Shown here: positions 10,563-24,903 of the stretch, piece by piece
Position numbering within the stretch: position 1 is the stretch's first letter
Layout: each line of letters opens with the position of its first letter
Assembly (NCBI RefSeq): GCF_009914755.1
Contig: NC_060927.1
DNA: 64,000 nucleotides
Direction: 5' to 3' (one strand)
DNA from: the human T2T-CHM13v2.0 reference genome, Homo sapiens
Made by a program: the position numbers and the translations under genes
Notes under the pieces: generated by a model
Told to the model about the DNA's origin: nothing
The model's input: the letters and a program-made list of their open reading frames with translations, nothing else
Databases searched by the model: none

Positions 10563-11269
10563 CCTTCGCTTGGAAGAAAGCGTGAGATCACGCTTTGTTT
10601 TCTTTTGTTGTTTGTTTTGTTTTTTTTTCTGAGGGAAGCCTTAGCTTAATGTATGCCGGTCCTTCAAAAGACATGATAGCAATTTGAGAGTCTGAACTGT
10701 AAGTTTTTGTTACTTTATTCGTTCACCAAATGTTTTTATGGAAGCCTTGCCACGTGGAACATGTGTCCCGGGTTTTAAAAAATGAATTTGACTCACCAGC
10801 TAACACTGAAAAAATAATGTACAGCCTAGAAGGAAAGATCAAAGTGTAAAAGTGGTTAGTCCTGTCGCCTCCTGAGCATTTTTGTATTATATCACTTGGT
10901 TTTTCGTCTGAAGTGGCTGTAAATAATCGTATTAAAAATCTTCTGGTCCAGACGCAGGAAAACCTTTTCCGGTATAAAGCCCACCTTCCTCTAATGTTGC
11001 GCATGCCCACTGTGCCCAGCTGCTCCGCTTTCGTGCATCCCAGACTTCTGTCACCAGGTAAGGGCATCTTGGAAGCTGAGCTACAGTTGGCTGGGGCACA
11101 AAAAAACCAGGGGGTGCCAAGAGTTTTCAGGTACGTAAGCGGGAAAGGGGTGCCAAGTCTCAGCTAAAAAATCCCCTATGGCAGAGATCCGAGTACACAT
11201 GCAGCAGTTTCCACCGGTGGGGCCCCGAGGAAGGGGAGGATGATGGGAGAAGACAAGCAACTACAAGCC

Positions 11270-11687
11270 CCCGCACGCAGTGCGCAGCTGGCTTCAGGAG
11301 AGAGGCCCGCGGTGCTGTGCTGCCGGGCCTCGGCGCAGAGCCCCGGCAGAGCGCCAGACGCTGACTGCCGGCACCAGAATGCTCGCGATGAGGAAGACAG
11401 GCGGAGCGCTGCGAGCTAGCGAGCCCTCAGCTCTCGTATCCATGACGCCTGCTGCTTCGGGGGACCCCTGGCATGCTGGGGAGTGGGTCTCTGTGGTACA
11501 TCCTGTACCGCCCTGGCCGGCGCCGGACCCCCATGGCCCCAGAACCTCCCGCACTGCCACGGGAAGACAGAGCCGGACGTGACGCCACCGTGGAAGGAAG
11601 GGAGGGGCGGAGCGTGGCTCGGTGACGTCCTCCCAAGATGGCGGAGACAGAGTGAAGAAACTGTGTTCCCCCCTTGGGTTGCTATCG
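11270..11687 (+). promoter_or_regulatory. MYNN: MYNN CpG-island promoter and non-coding exon 1 (donor at 11687)
   Basis: GC box GGGGCGGAG (~11604), CRE-like TGACGTC (~11623), YY1 motif CAAGATGGCGG (11634-11644), donor TCG|GTGAGT; exact TSS cannot be read from sequence. Confidence 0.75.
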
Positions 11688-12520
11688 GTGAGTTCCTACT
11701 TCACCCCCAGCCCGCCATCCCGGTCTCTCTAGAGCCTGGGCCATCAGAGGGCAGGCTCCTTGGAGTTCCAGCACGGGTCGGGGCGCAGGTGGAAGGCTTG
11801 GGCTAGGCAGCCCCGGGGTGGCCTGGGCCACAACCTCTGCTGTGGAAATTCGCGGGAGTGGGAGCTGGGCAGAGGGCAGGGCGGCAGAAGCCGAGGAGGG
11901 ACTGGCTTTGGTTGTCACTCTCGGATGCCGCCTCGCGTAGAGAGTGGGAAGGGAGAAGGTGTGGCCTCCTTAGCGCGAGTGATAGAACCTTTGACAGCAA
12001 GCCATGGCCGGGCGCATTCCCGGCTTTCTGGGCAGCCACCTCTCGTTTTGGAGAAACTGCACTGGGGAAACTAACAGGTTTTGGTGACTTGAGAGCAGTT
12101 TTTAAAAACTCGTACTGTTCTGCCCCTATCTGTCCCAAGAGATCATGTCTTAGTGGTTTAAAAAATTTTTTTGTAACATAAGTATGTCTACTGAGCTTGA
12201 AAATCTGAGGGTTCAACAGATGTGAAAGCGTCAGGTTTTGCTGTGCTTTTTGCAGGTGGTAGAAGTGTTGCCATTCACCGTCACTTATTGATGTGTCCAA
12301 AGGATTGTGTTAGTTGATCAAGGTAACCAAAGATAGAAAGGCACTCATCCCTTCATTCTTAACCATGTATGTTTGATAAGGATTTTCAAGGGGGCTAAAA
12401 TTGTTTAAGTTATGTCCTCTGTCCCTTCCCTCACTGAACGTTGATGAGAACTTACGGTTACTGATTTACTGTTTCTTTTTGTCTTTTAGATCAAGGGTAA
12501 AATTCCATTCTGATATCAAA

Positions 12521-12786
12521 ATGCAGTATTCGCACCACTGTGAGCACCTTTTAGAGAGACTGAACAAACAGCGGGAAGCAGGTTTTCTCTGTGACTGTAC
12601 CATAGTGATTGGGGAATTCCAGTTTAAAGCTCATAGGAATGTGCTGGCCTCCTTTAGTGAGTATTTTGGTGCGATCTACAGAAGCACTTCTGAGAACAAT
12701 GTCTTTCTTGATCAGAGTCAGGTGAAGGCTGATGGATTTCAGAAACTGTTGGAGTTTATATACACAGGAACTTTAAATCTTGACAG
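12521..12786 (+). CDS. MYNN: Myoneurin coding exon (exon 2; BTB/POZ domain)
   Basis: Acceptor TTTTAG|A at 12490; MQYSHHCEHLLERLNKQREAGFLCDCTIVIGEFQFKAHRNVLASFSEYF; donor AG|GTAAAG. Confidence 0.96.
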
Positions 12787-13049
12787 GTAAAGTACACATT
12801 TTATTTTCAGTTATAAAAGCTAGTCAGTAGTCTTCACAGCAAAAGTAGATTTGTATTTTTTCCATTCATTCTCTGAACTCAAATTCTTCACCTATTTATG
12901 CACACAATGTTTGTTTTTATAAAGAAATCAGTATCACTGATTTAGGATGAGCAGGCAATATTTTTCATAAGCACAGATAATAAACAGTAAGATTTCTGAC
13001 ACGTTTATTTACTGAAACAAAGCCTGTGATTTCACTTATGTAAACTTGA

Positions 13050-13361
<312 letters not shown>

Positions 13362-14895
13362 TGACTCCTGTTATCTCTATTAACCTACCAGTACTAATAC
13401 TGAAGTAAGGTCAGAGATGCTAGAATGATTCTCTAAGATGCTTACTGATGTCACTGCATTAACAAGAAGTGGGTTCTGAGGAATCTGATAATGTAGGCAC
13501 TGTGTGTCTCCCCTGTATAACGAACCATATAATTAGATTAATATCAATACATTTACAGATTGTAGGGGAAAAGGTGGAGGGAATAAAAGCAAAGAGAAAC
13601 TGATTAAATTACCCCTGTCTTATTTCTGTCTCTCTTATGAAAGTGAACATGAATAGACTGTTCATAATCTTCTGACACAGGAAGATTATAGGCTTTGGAA
13701 TTAGATCTTTCCTGTCAGTCGCTATGTCTCCTTGAGCATGATGCAATCTCTCTGGGCCTCAGTTTCCCCATCTGTCAAAATGAGATGGTAATAACTACCT
13801 TGAGGCTAAATAAGGTTTTACTTGATCCTTATTCACTTCCCACTGAACGTTAATTTCTTTATTTTTCTTCTTTACCCTCTCCTCCCCCTTTAATTCCACA
13901 TTTCTCGGAGAAAAAATAGAAAAAACAAAAAAGAAACACCTGAAATACTGCTGCCCACTGATAACCCCTGTTAACCTTTTGATATATATTAATTAATTCT
14001 TTTCCAGATCTCTGTAGAGATGTGCATGTATACATTAAGCAAAATCTTTCCCTCCCTTTTATATTGTAACTTATCATGGAAATATACTTATTTAAAAATC
14101 TAGAATCAGGGTGCTCATTAATCCTTTTGACGAGGAAACATTCTTGTGTAAGAAGTATCCAGTGGGGGGAGGGGAGGGAGAGAAAAGTAAACTTTCATGC
14201 TATTTTGGAATTATTTTTAAATTTTGGTATAATGAAATCTTCAAGTGAGTTCTTTATAAGTTGATTAAAGGAAAAGAGCAGTGTGAATTTTGGCTGGCCT
14301 GCAATTTAATGGTTTCCCTTTCTCTCAATTAACTATGCAAAACAAAAAAATCTTCATTTGAATACACGGTAGAGCACTTTTCTTTGAGACTTCATGCAAA
14401 GAACCAATGTGAAGAACAGCCAGGTGTTTTGTTCAGTCTCTTTTGGTACATATCTTTCCTGGAGACTGGGGAGCTAATTCCTCGAGTTCAGCTAGAAATG
14501 TAAGAGAGGATTTATACCAAAATAGAAAGGCTTACAACTTAGTGATTAAGAAAACAGGTAGAATATATTAAGTTGGCTCAGGGGCCAGATTACCTTGGTC
14601 AAATCTTGGTTCTAACATTCTGTGCTCTTGGACAGGTTACTTTATTTCTTTGGACTTCTGATTTTTCACTTGTGTGTAAAATGAGGATTATAATAGATTT
14701 CATAGGCATGTCCTGAGGATAATCTTATAAAGCATTTAGGCATGTACCTGGCAATATGTAATTAAATGACCTTCAGTGACTGTTCAGAGGATGTTATCTA
14801 ATACTTGTAAACAAAAGCAAATCTGTTATTGAAGTATTGATTGGTGCTCTTAACTGTGACTGAGATTATAGCCATCTATGAAATAGTTTGTATGA

Positions 14896-15210
<315 letters not shown>

Positions 15211-15705
15211 TTGAACAATTAATGTATGACTTCCTGCTAACTTATATTGGTCTTAAAGGCTACCTGACCTTGTTATCTGTTTGGCGGTTTATTTTATGGA
15301 GCACTAAACACAATTAGAGACCAAAAGATCTTTTTTAGTGGCCCAGCCCAAAAGACAATTTTTAGAAAGCTGTTGTGATGCTAAATTAAATAAGGGGAAA
15401 CATACAGGTGGCACTTGAGGCAAAGCAAGTTTAATTAGAAGATGATGAGAACATGGGTAGAGATTTGTAGATACTGTAGCATACTTTTAGAGATCTTAGA
15501 GGTTCATGACACTAGTTATTTTTTATTTTATTTCAAATTTTAGTCCTTTAAAATAGTATCACCAGCACTATATTTACATTGTCAGCTATGATTAAAACCC
15601 TTTTCTGGCTTATACTTACAACAGAGAGGGAAAGAGATCATCTTCCCAAAGATAAACCATATTTAGGGAAAAAAATCAAGTAGGAAGATTATTTGAGGGT
15701 AAGGG

Positions 15706-15727
15706 GTGTGTGTGTGTGTGTGTGTGT
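15706..15727. repeat. (GT)n microsatellite
   Basis: Direct reading. Confidence 0.9.
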
Positions 15728-16104
15728 TTCCATCCTCAAATACTTATAACAGTCATGTTTTTAGTGTTAACACCAACTCAACTCTAATTTTACAGCTAAG
15801 AAAGTTGAACCCCCCAAAGATGCTGACTTACCCTAATTAAGTCAGCCAGTAATGCCAGAGCCAGTGCTAGATTAATCAAACAACCTTTCACCACATTGTG
15901 AACTTCTGAAGGGCAGAGACTATTTACTTATTAATATCTTAGTACCACACATGGTAGATGCTTAGTAAACATTTGACTAGAATATTGAACAAGGTGGCTT
16001 AAGTCTTTCTTTGTAACTCTCACATCACGAACACTCCAGCTAATTTGGGTTGAGTATCACCAAAAAAGGTGGGAGGGTTGCTAGAGAGAGTTTAACATTC
16101 TAAA

Positions 16105-16548
16105 ACCTTGTTCCTCTAAGTGGATTCCTCTAAGCAACATTGGCATCACCAGGAAGTGTATTAAGAAATGCAGGCTGTGCTGGTGGCTCACGCTTGTAAT
16201 CCTAGCACTTTGGGAGCCCAAGGTGGGAGGATCACTTGAGGCCAGGAGTTCGAGACCAGCCTGGGCAGCATAGCAAGACCCTGCCTCTACAAAAAAAATA
16301 GCCAGGCATGGTAGCACATGCTTGTAGTCCCACTTACTTGGGAAGCTGACGCAGGAGCCCAGGAGTTGAAGGCTGCGGTGAGTTATCATTATACCAGTGC
16401 ACTCCTGCTTGGGCAACAGAAGAATACCCCATCTCAAAACAGAAAAAAAATGCAGAATCTCAGGCCCCATCACAGACCTACTGAATTTGAATCTACATTT
16501 AACAAGATTCCCGGGTGATTCACATGCACAGCAAAGTTTGGGAAACAT
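16105..16548 (+). mobile_element. MER5A-like hAT MITE interrupted by an AluJ (~16172-16450)
   Basis: GCATCACC…AGAAATGCA | Alu | AAATGCAGAATCTCAGGCCCC…GAATCTACATTTAACAAGATTCCCGGGTGATTC. Confidence 0.75.
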
Positions 16549-16957
16549 AATTAAAGTCCCTCACAGGGGAGCAGGAGAAAATAGTAGGAAACAAGTGTCA
16601 TTAGACTTTCCCTCTTGCCAATCCAGAAAAGTTGGTTGCTATCTGAAGAAGCCTCAGGATGAATGGAGGAGGTAGTGAGTTACCATCAGCTATTTTTGTG
16701 TTCTAGGGTTTTAAAAAAAAAGCCAGAAAATTTAACATTTAATTTTTCTGCAGTGGTTCACTGTCAGCTGTGAATAGCCATTATCTTTCATCTCTTGAAG
16801 TTCTGTAAAATTGGAGATTTTTTACCTAAACATTATTCTGAATGAATTTATAAATCTATTTTTCTCTTAGTTATGTCTTTTTCAGCATTCTGCTTCATTA
16901 GGTCTTTAAAATACATTGAAGTATATATGCAGCTCTGTTTCGAAAGTTTTTCTTTGA

Positions 16958-17824
<867 letters not shown>

Positions 17825-18246
17825 TGACTAATATAGTGTATTTTTATAGAGAGTACTTAGCACACACTACTTGTGACCAGAATTTGGTATATTTTTCTAT
17901 TCATCAAAGTATTTAACAGTGTTAAACTGTTGAAAATTTATTTGTAATTGTAACCAAGTATTTAATGGCTGTTTAAGCCCTAATGCATCAACTCCTTATA
18001 CCATTTTCCCTCCAAATAAGTATGTTGATTCTAGCTTACCAAGTATTTAACAGAGACAAAGACATTAAAACTGATAAAGAGAAAATGTAATTACAATTCA
18101 GGCCAATTTTCAGATATTGCCAACACTTCTCATTACATACTTCTAGACTCTGTTGACTTCTGAACATGTTCATTGGAATTACACATACAGTGTTCCCTAA
18201 GCTTCTACAGTTACCTTTATTTTGCATGTCCTCTGCCTGGTTGTAA

Positions 18247-18582
<336 letters not shown>

Positions 18583-18814
18583 CTAGATTCGTACTTTTTA
18601 AAATGCTGTATGTATTTATCTCGTGAATTCAGAAACACTAATTTCTTTTGATTCTACTGGTGTTTTCAGTGGTCTGGAAAAGATTATATTTGTTTTCAGT
18701 TCCAACAGTTAACATTTTCTTAATAACAAAGCTAGTACTGTTGATGAAATCTTATATGACTTATGCAACCAAAACACTATTTTCTTCTAAATATAAATTT
18801 TATTGTTCCTTTAG

Positions 18815-18974
18815 GTGAGAAGCCATACAAATGTGAATTGTGTGATAAAGGATTTGCTCAGAAATGTCAGCTAGTCTTCCATAGTCGCATGCATCATGGT
18901 GAAGAAAAACCCTATAAATGTGATGTATGCAACTTACAGTTTGCAACTTCTAGCAATCTCAAGATTCATGCAAG
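18815..18974 (+). CDS. MYNN: Myoneurin exon 4 (C2H2 zinc fingers)
   Basis: TTTAG|GT GEKPYKCELC…HAR; donor AG|GTAAAA. Confidence 0.95.
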
Positions 18975-19094
18975 GTAAAAAACCAAATGAGTTGTTTGAT
19001 CTTTTAGTCTTTTAATCACCATAGTCTTATGAATAGACTATTATATTAGAATTCAGGACAGTAGAATTGTAATTGTGGTTCCACCAAACAATGT

Positions 19095-20460
19095 TAACAC
19101 GTTCAAGGAACCACAAGGAAGCCACAGTGGTTGATAGGAAATAAGCAGGGGGTGGGGACTACTAGGAAATAAGGTCAGACTCGTCCAGAAGTAAGATCAG
19201 AATGGTCCAGAATGCAGCTTAAGAGGATCATTCTGACTGGTATAGGATTATAAGAGTGGAATCAGGGTAAACAGGAATCTATAGATAAAACCCAAGCAAG
19301 GGTGATGGTGGTTCAGGCCAGGGTGGCAGCAGTGAAAGAAATAAGTAGTAGTAGATTCTGGATATATTTTAAAGTTAGAAATAATAGAATTTGCAAACAG
19401 ATTGTATGTGAAGTCTGGAAGAGAGTCAAAGATGATTCTGAGGTTTTGGGCCTGAACCCCTATAAAGATGGAGCTGCCATTAACTGAGATAGAGAAGGTT
19501 TGTGGGTAGAACAGTTTAAGTGGAAGTGCAGGAATTTACGAGTACAGTTCTGTGTGTGTTAAATTTGAGATGACTTAACACTTCTGAATAGAGGTGTGCA
19601 ATAGATAATTGGTTATCTAAGTCTGCAGTTCAGGGGACTGGTTTGAGCTGAAGATAACAGTTTGGCAATCATTAGCGTTTGGCAGTCATCAGCATATGAC
19701 AGTATTTAAAGCTGTAACCCTGGCTAAGGTCACCAAGAGAGTGAATGTGGACAGAAGAAATCAAAAGACGGCCCTGAGGCACTCTAACTTTATGAGTTCT
19801 GAGAGATGGGTGAGAACCAGCAGAGGTAACTAGGAAGGAGCAGCCAGTAGAGGAGGAAAACCAGGAAAGAGGGCTGCCCTGGAATCCCAAGTGAAGGAAG
19901 TTATTCCAGATGGGAGTGGTCAATTGTAAAATTCTGTGATAGGGAGATGAAGACTGAGAACTGACGTGGATTTAGTAAAGTGGGAAGTCAGCAGTGCTCT
20001 TGACAAAAGTATCATTAGTAGAGGCCAGTAGAGAAGAAATGGAAGTAGATAGAACACTTGGAGTCTCAAGGTTTTGGTAAAGGGGAGCAGAGAATGGAGG
20101 AGCAAGTAAGGTCAAGGGTCTTTGTTTTGTTTTTGGTTTTTTTTTAATATGGGAGACATCAGTATATTTGTATACCATAATCCAATGGAGTGAGAAACAT
20201 GGATGATGTAGGACTGGGGAAACTGCAGAAGTGATATCATTAAGTAGGATCTCAAGTATACAAATTGGAATTGATGGATTCAGATGAACTGTCACCCTCA
20301 TGTCATATGAATTTTTCTCAGTGAAATAGGAAGCAGGGATGTCACCTGAGAGTTACAATGGGCAAGGAGATGCTGATGGTTTGAGGAGAGAGTTCACAAG
20401 TCAAAGAGTGACTAGACTCATGAAAATAATTGCCTGCAGTATTAGGGGCCCACTGACAAC
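19095..20460 (-). mobile_element. LINE-2 fragment
   Basis: Typical L2 antisense text (GATTCTGGATATATTTT…GAGAGTCAAAGATGATTC…GGAGCTGCCATTAACTGAGAT); boundaries approximate. Confidence 0.7.
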
Positions 20461-20648
20461 CATATAAAGATCATGGAAAAACTTTTTGAACTGATCTCAG
20501 AACTAATGTTTTGATAATAAGAAATATTTGTTTTTGGCAGTGTTTACACTGAAACAACTACTGATTTTAAATACATAGTCTTGGCCTGTTAAGATGACAT
20601 GAAATAAAATCTATAAAAAACTTTATGAATTCTTGCTATATAGACTGA

Positions 20649-20906
<258 letters not shown>

Positions 20907-21667
20907 TAAATAAAAGAAAAAGGGGACTTGGGCCTTTTAGCGAAGTAGATCGGAAACTTTGTAGTTAGATATCTGTTTATATTTCTATAAGCTATGTTTA
21001 TGATTTTTGCACATATTTGTTAAATATAAAAGCTGACTTATTTTCTAGAATAATACAAGGTGGGTGAAATAAATTATATAACTTACACATTAAAATCAGT
21101 GAGATAATTTTGATATTATATAAACTTGCATTGAGATGCATTTTGTGACTTTATAAAAACCTTTTCAGCTTCCTAAAGGGTCATCTCCTATAGTTAGGGT
21201 TGGGGAGTGGGTTTGGGTTGAACATGGATTTTTAAACTTCTTAGGACCTTTCCTACACAGATATTCTGGGATTTTCAAATAAGGTAATTCAGATGCAAAA
21301 TAGCAGTTTGGAAACAAATTGCTTTTTTAGGGTACATTTTTTAAAAGACTTCCCTACATACTTTTATTCTCCTTTATTAATATAGTAGATAGCAAGAATA
21401 GAAATGTGGGTTTATGAATTGACATGTTCTTAATCATATAAAAATCAAATTCCTTGCCCAAATCATCTCTATTAGAAGGGACATTTTGAGGAATAAAGTT
21501 TTAATATATGAAAACTTATGAACAGTATACAATAATTACTAATATTCATTTACTTGGATCACTGAAAATACCTCTAAAGTACAATATAGAGAGATTTTAA
21601 TTTAAATAATATTCCAGAAAAGCTTACTTTAGATTATTTGTAATTGATAAATATTATATTGGTATAG

Positions 21668-21847
<180 letters not shown>

Positions 21848-22846
21848 TGACTTTTAAGCCATTATGGACTATATGGTATTTAGTCATACTGTACCTATAG
21901 CAATATCTTAATGTATAAATATCAACTTATTTGCTTATTTTGTTTTTTTTTTAGTTGTTTGGAGTATGAATTAAATTTGTTAAAGAATTGTGTTGGTTTT
22001 CCAAGAAATATGCCAGATAATCAATAGTTTTTAAATGATTTGGATTAAATTGCACAGATATACCAAGAAATGAAAAGGAATAGGTAATACCAAGATAACA
22101 TCAGATTTTCTTACTAAACAGTGTTTAGTATGCAATTTTTAGGAACAAATTTTAATTTTGACATGCTTATTGTAAAAAGTAGTTTGTAAATTGTATAAAG
22201 AAAATATTGAATGTAAAAAATTTTAAAACAAAGGAAAATGCCACTTTGAAAGAGTACTGTTCTGACATTCTCTTTTTAAAAATTCCTTCTCATAATTCCT
22301 ACCTAGAATAATGTGAGTACTTAATAGAGATTTAGTAAGTTTTTGGTGACTTTATATTCTGACGCGCTTTAGTTTACACCATAAAGCACTGAACAGTTAT
22401 TTCCAAAGAAGTGTAATATTGTAGCATGCTGTCAGTATTTTTAAGGATTTTCTAATTTGCCAGGTACCTGAGAGCAGAAACCATGATTATTACACTTATT
22501 TTCTCCCAGCTGTATCTCTTAGCCAGTGTCTGGCATATAACTGACACTCACTAAATGTTTCATAGAAATACAAGAGTAGGCTTTTGTTTGTTTTAGTTTG
22601 CAGATACATTTCTGTTTATGAAAATGCTCAAGTTTTCTTGAGATACAGATTTTTTGTATAAAGGAGTGTCTAGGTTGTATAGAATCTTTCATTTCACTAT
22701 ATTATAACCAGGTGATTAAAGTGACAATTTGAAACCAAATTTAAACACTATAATAATTTTTGCCTTGTGTTCATAAACATTGATATTTTTGTCTTAGCTA
22801 GCAGCTTTTAAAATATTGAAATTTAAACTTCTAATTTGTTTTTCAG

Positions 22847-22933
22847 GAGAAAGACCATTTATCTGCGAATTATGTGGAAATTCTTACACAGATATTAAAA
22901 ATTTAAAGAAGCACAAAACAAAAGTCCATTCTG
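22847..22933 (+). CDS. MYNN: Myoneurin exon 7 (one zinc finger, 87 nt)
   Basis: TTTCAG|GA ERPFICELCGNSYTDIKNLKKHKTKVHS; donor G|GTAAAT. Confidence 0.93.
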
Positions 22934-24640
22934 GTAAATGCTTGTGTTTTGTTTGCTTGTTTGTTTGTTTTAATTTGGTGCTCATATTAGTGCTATTCCT
23001 TAAAATGCTGAGATGAGATTTACATTTAAGCAGTTTAAATTAGATGTCTATTTCAAAAACTAGGTATATACATGTGAGGAAAGTAGCTTTTTTGCAGAAA
23101 CATTCACTCTGGATTTTTCATATTGAATCTCTTATTTAAAAAAAAAAAAAAAAAACTTGAAACATTTCCTCCTTTGAAAACCTGACTTAATAACAGTCCC
23201 AAGCATGAAGGAACATATAAGCAAGCTATGTGTCACTGTTTCCCATACTGGAGTCTGGATAACTCAGGGTTTACTATGGTTATTATGAAAAAAAAGGGGG
23301 GGGGGGTGGTGTTATCATGAACACTAGTCCAGAAATGTTTAAGAGGAAATAGGGAAACAGGTAGCCCTACATTGTTATAATATATAAAAATGGAAAGCCA
23401 AACAACAAGTTTTGAGTCTATTGGTTAAAGTGAATTCTTGAAAAAGTTTCCCTGTGCTTACCATTTTATTCCGTCATTATTCGACATGACACTAGGCCCT
23501 TCTGGTGTGTAAATACTTAAACATCGTAAGTATTAAGTTAGAAACATCTAAAAACTGCAGTAAGTCATTAATTTAACCACTTGTTAAATTTCTGTAAAGT
23601 GTACTTTCAGGGAATATGAAGTTAAACAAGGCATAGTTCTGGTACTCAAAGCACTTACAACCTGGTGTGCGAGACCAGAAACCTAAATAAATAATTAAAT
23701 AAACTAAATAAATAGGGAAAATGTAGGGCATAATCGACACAAAAGTGCTAAAGAAGATACTATGTTTTTCTGAGGTAAGTACTAAAAAAAACTTAATTTT
23801 AACTTGAAGGATGGAGAAGAGTTCAAAGATGGAGATGGGAAGAGAGGATTCATTCCGGGCAGAGAACACTGTAGAGAGTCAGTGGGACAAGAAGGAAACC
23901 TTAGCTAGTTGAAGTGAAGAGTAGTTTGGGAAGAATACAGATAATTACAATTTTACGAAAGCAGTTTTGTCTGCGTGACAAGGACGGTGAAACCAAAATC
24001 ATGTCAACACTTTAGAGTAACGGAAGCATGTTAAAGCCATTGGAAAATTTGAAGGCAAAAGTACATCTTTAGTCAGTGTGCTGATTGCTCCCTTGAGTAG
24101 AGCAGAATTTCTCACCTCTGAAAATATATGAAAGTGCCATACATACTGTTCTGAACTCACAGAATAATATGAACAACTTATTAAAAACATTCAGTGAATG
24201 AAAAGAGTATTTCTTATCACTGTTTAATATTTTGAGGGAGTTAAAGAAGTATAACGACATTTACTCTCAAAGAATTTACAGTCTGGTTGAGGATTCAAGG
24301 CATACCTGAGTAGAATGTTAAATGGCAATAAGAGAGATAGATGCCACAAGGCAGTATATGAAAATTGACAAATGTGTGATTAAGCCGATATAACAGCTCA
24401 CCCTGTTTCATTCTTAATCAAGTCCATTTTTTTAAATGGAGTTGGTGCTTGAACTTAACCTTGAGGCCCAGATTGAATTTACATAGATAGTGAGGAGGGC
24501 ATATGTACAAAAGAGAAACCGCTTGAGTAAAGGTATGGTGGTTGGAATGTAATTTCTGGGAATGGTAAGTACATTAGTCTACCTCAGGGGTTTAGTTTTG
24601 TTTTAAAGATAATGTAGATTTTTTTTTCCTTCCATTCTAG

Positions 24641-24903
24641 GTGCAGATAAAACTCTAGACTCCAGTGCAGAGGATCATACTTTGAGTGAACAGGATTCCA
24701 TACAAAAAAGTCCTTTATCAGAAACTATGGATGTGAAGCCTTCTGATATGACTTTACCATTAGCTCTTCCACTTGGGACTGAGGACCATCACATGCTTCT
24801 GCCTGTCACGGATACTCAGTCTCCTACATCAGATACATTGTTGAGGTCAACTGTGAATGGGTATTCAGAACCACAGTTGATTTTTTTACAACAATTATAC
24901 TGA
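24641..24903 (+). CDS. MYNN: Myoneurin last coding exon; spliced CDS 1833 nt = 610 aa
   Basis: TTCTAG|GT ADKTLDSS…PQLIFLQQLY*; exon lengths sum to 611 codons; AATAAA candidates at 25365, 26391 and 27290. Confidence 0.95.

Noticed and set aside
21194-21217. TTAGGG-led G4 motif in MYNN intron 5 and scattered TTAGGG hexamers
   Set aside because: Single hexamers, not an interstitial telomeric array; frequency compatible with chance.
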